DNA of 64,000 bases from Eledone cirrhosa (taxonomy: Eukaryota), in assembly GCA_964016885.1 (NCBI GenBank), contig OZ024744.1, forward strand, positions 65,658,001 through 65,722,000, read 5' to 3'. Under the pieces are notes generated by a model that worked only from the letters and a program-made list of their open reading frames with translations, did no database searches and had not been told where the DNA came from. Position numbers and translations under genes: made by a program. The first letter of the stretch is position 1. Every line of letters starts with the position of its first letter. Of the stretch, positions 61,989-64,000 are shown piece by piece.

Positions 61989-63450
61989 AGGCAGCAAATT
62001 GGCAGGGTTTTTATAGTGTACAGAGTTTTTGCTGTATTTGTTCCAGCTCTCTGCACTCTCATAAAATCCTGCCAATGTCAACTTTGCTTTTCATCTTTTG
62101 AGGGTCAATAAAACATATAGTACCAGTCCAGGGATTGGTGGAGTTGTTAGAGAGTTGAATGAGGTGTCATGTTTTTCAATATCTGTTCCAGCTCTTTCAG
62201 TTTTAAGTTCGTAGGTGGTAGGCTTAATTTGTTGCATGATTTAACACCACAATGTGGTCCTTGGGTGTTTTTAGTAGATTTTACTCAGTTGCAAGTGTTT
62301 AAGTCAGGTTTTCATTTTGCGAATATCTTTCTCCCTTCCTCTCAAACTATCTTAGAGGCTCTGAAAAATAAAGGGCCATAACCACTGTATCTCCATCCTT
62401 GACTGAACAGTAAAAAAATTGTTTACTTACAGTTGTGTTTGATTAAGTAGTTTCTTTTATCATTTTAATGAAGCTTATTTAAAGATTCTATAAGTATTAA
62501 TAATTTTTTATACCAACCCATCCAAAACCCCTCTGGTTCTATGAAACAAAATCACTCATTTTAAAGTGTTCCTACTTAAATTAAAACTTTTCAACATAAT
62601 TTTATATAAGAACATTTTATGTTACAAATGCTATCTTAATGAAATTATAATTTTAGTAAATACTTTCCTTTCCAAATTCTTCATTAATTAATTAAGATAC
62701 AAAGTATTTTATTAGAAATTTGGTAACCAATATGTTATGCAATTGAGACTCATCCTCTTCCTGAATAATCTGTTTCACCATCATGAGCATATTACCAAGA
62801 AAAAGCTTTTACAAGATTTTTCAGTCTGTAAGCTATTCTATGGCTGTATAAAATTCTCAATGTGTTTACTCCTTCTTGTATCACAACTATAGTCAGTTTC
62901 AGTTCTGATTCATTCCTAACAGAATGAAAGACAATCTAAAAAGGATTTAAACATCAATACTGTTAGAAAGGTAGTGGATTGGTAGAATTGGTGAAGCATT
63001 TGGATAAAATGCCATTGTGATATTTTTTTTCTGGTTTTTTACTTACTGATTTCAAATTCCATCATGGTCAACCTTGCCTTTCATTCTTCTGAGGTTGATA
63101 AAATATAAATTACCAGTGAAGTACTGGTTGATTTAATGAACTTTGCTTTTCCCCAAAATGTCTGGCCTTGCGCCTATATTAGAAGCAGCAAAAGCTTTTT
63201 TGGTTTGACATTTTTTGGGTCTATTGACATTATATTTTTTAAAGCATTATATTTTTTAAAGGGCAGTGAATTGGCAGTATGGGTAGAGGGTTGGATGGCA
63301 TGCTTTGTATCATAGTTATGTCCCTTTAAGGTCTGAGTTCAAATCCCGCCAAGGTTAACTTTACCTTTCATCCTTATGGGGTCGATAAAATAAAGTACCA
63401 GTAATGTACTGTGTAATTGCTGGCCTTGTGCCAAAAGTAGAAATAATTAT
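61989..63450 (+). mobile_element. Three Nin-domain-like SINEs (61989-62130, 62969-63185, 63261-63450)
   Basis: Each has a TTGGCAG/TTGGTAG head, a TTCAAAT(T)CC-like box and a (G)CCTTTCATCC..G(T)CGATAAAATAAAGTACCAG-like core. Confidence 0.75.
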
Positions 63451-63719
63451 ATTTTTTAAAGCATAACATTTCGAATAAGTTTATCTTTGTTTGTCATCAG
63501 CTGTCATCATCATCATCATCATTTTACGTCCGCTTTTCCCTGCTTGCAATCATGTATATATATATATATAATTAGGATTGAAATTACAAACATCTTTCTA
63601 ATGAATCAATAGATACAGGGTTCTGATGCTTTGCCAATGTTCATATACCTGACACATTCTTGTCCACCCAACTGATTAGCATGGAGTTAAACATCTACTC
63701 ACTTCCATGTCTTGACCAC

Positions 63720-63990
63720 AAATGTGCTGTCTCATCACTTAGCCTTTTCTATTGCAATTAGAGTGGCCTCTGCTAGTTTCATTCTACCTCAAGCCCACCC
63801 CACAGATTCATCTTTCCTCTTGTCACCTTCATTATATCTATACTTCCTTTCAGCACCAGCAACTATATCCAATCTTCCTTCCCTAGAACATCAACCCTCT
63901 GGAATTCTTTCCCTGTAGTCGGTGACTTTCAATTGTCTATGAACAACATCAGCTGCATCAATTTCACTTGTCTGGTGCTAATGGGTCCTA
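63720..63990 (+). mobile_element. Decayed CR1/Jockey-like LINE ORF2 C-terminus
   Basis: 63876-63915 reads FLPRTSTLWNSFP, matching the SFFPRT..WNSLP C-terminal motif of CR1-group LINEs. Confidence 0.55.
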
Positions 63991-64000
63991 CAAAGGCCAT

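Noticed and set aside
61923-62101. C-terminal extension of ORF 61661-62101
   Set aside because: Lies after the GTAAGT donor and runs into T-rich intron and a SINE; the TTG start is also upstream of the better ACCATG.

Overview
AT-rich, repeat-dominated eukaryotic DNA. The repeat repertoire (RTE LINEs with (GAT)n tails, Nin- and Meta-domain SINEs, dense TA/CA microsatellites) suggests an octopus or other coleoid cephalopod; this is an inference. Most of the window looks like one very long + strand intron, between a CpG-enriched putative first-exon region (~7.9-10.3 kb, donor at 8900) and a first coding exon of a membrane protein (61648-61922). It is filled with decayed RTE LINEs, tRNA-derived SINEs, TTAA-flanked piggyBac-type MITEs and microsatellites. 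The most notable structure is a 5'-truncated Penelope-like retroelement (Naiad-type GIY-YIG, 24021-28770). It is bracketed by inverted pseudo-LTRs, each holding a type I hammerhead ribozyme motif with an unusually long stem II. A 330-bp palindrome at 46.7-47.0 kb has a second, weaker hammerhead-like core. An 11.7-kb 15-mer satellite keeps register for ~10.5 kb, giving a stop-free Thr/Asn (N-T-T) frame on the minus strand, and contains a ~4-kb higher-order duplication. Most short ORFs in the track are TE debris or microsatellite artefacts.
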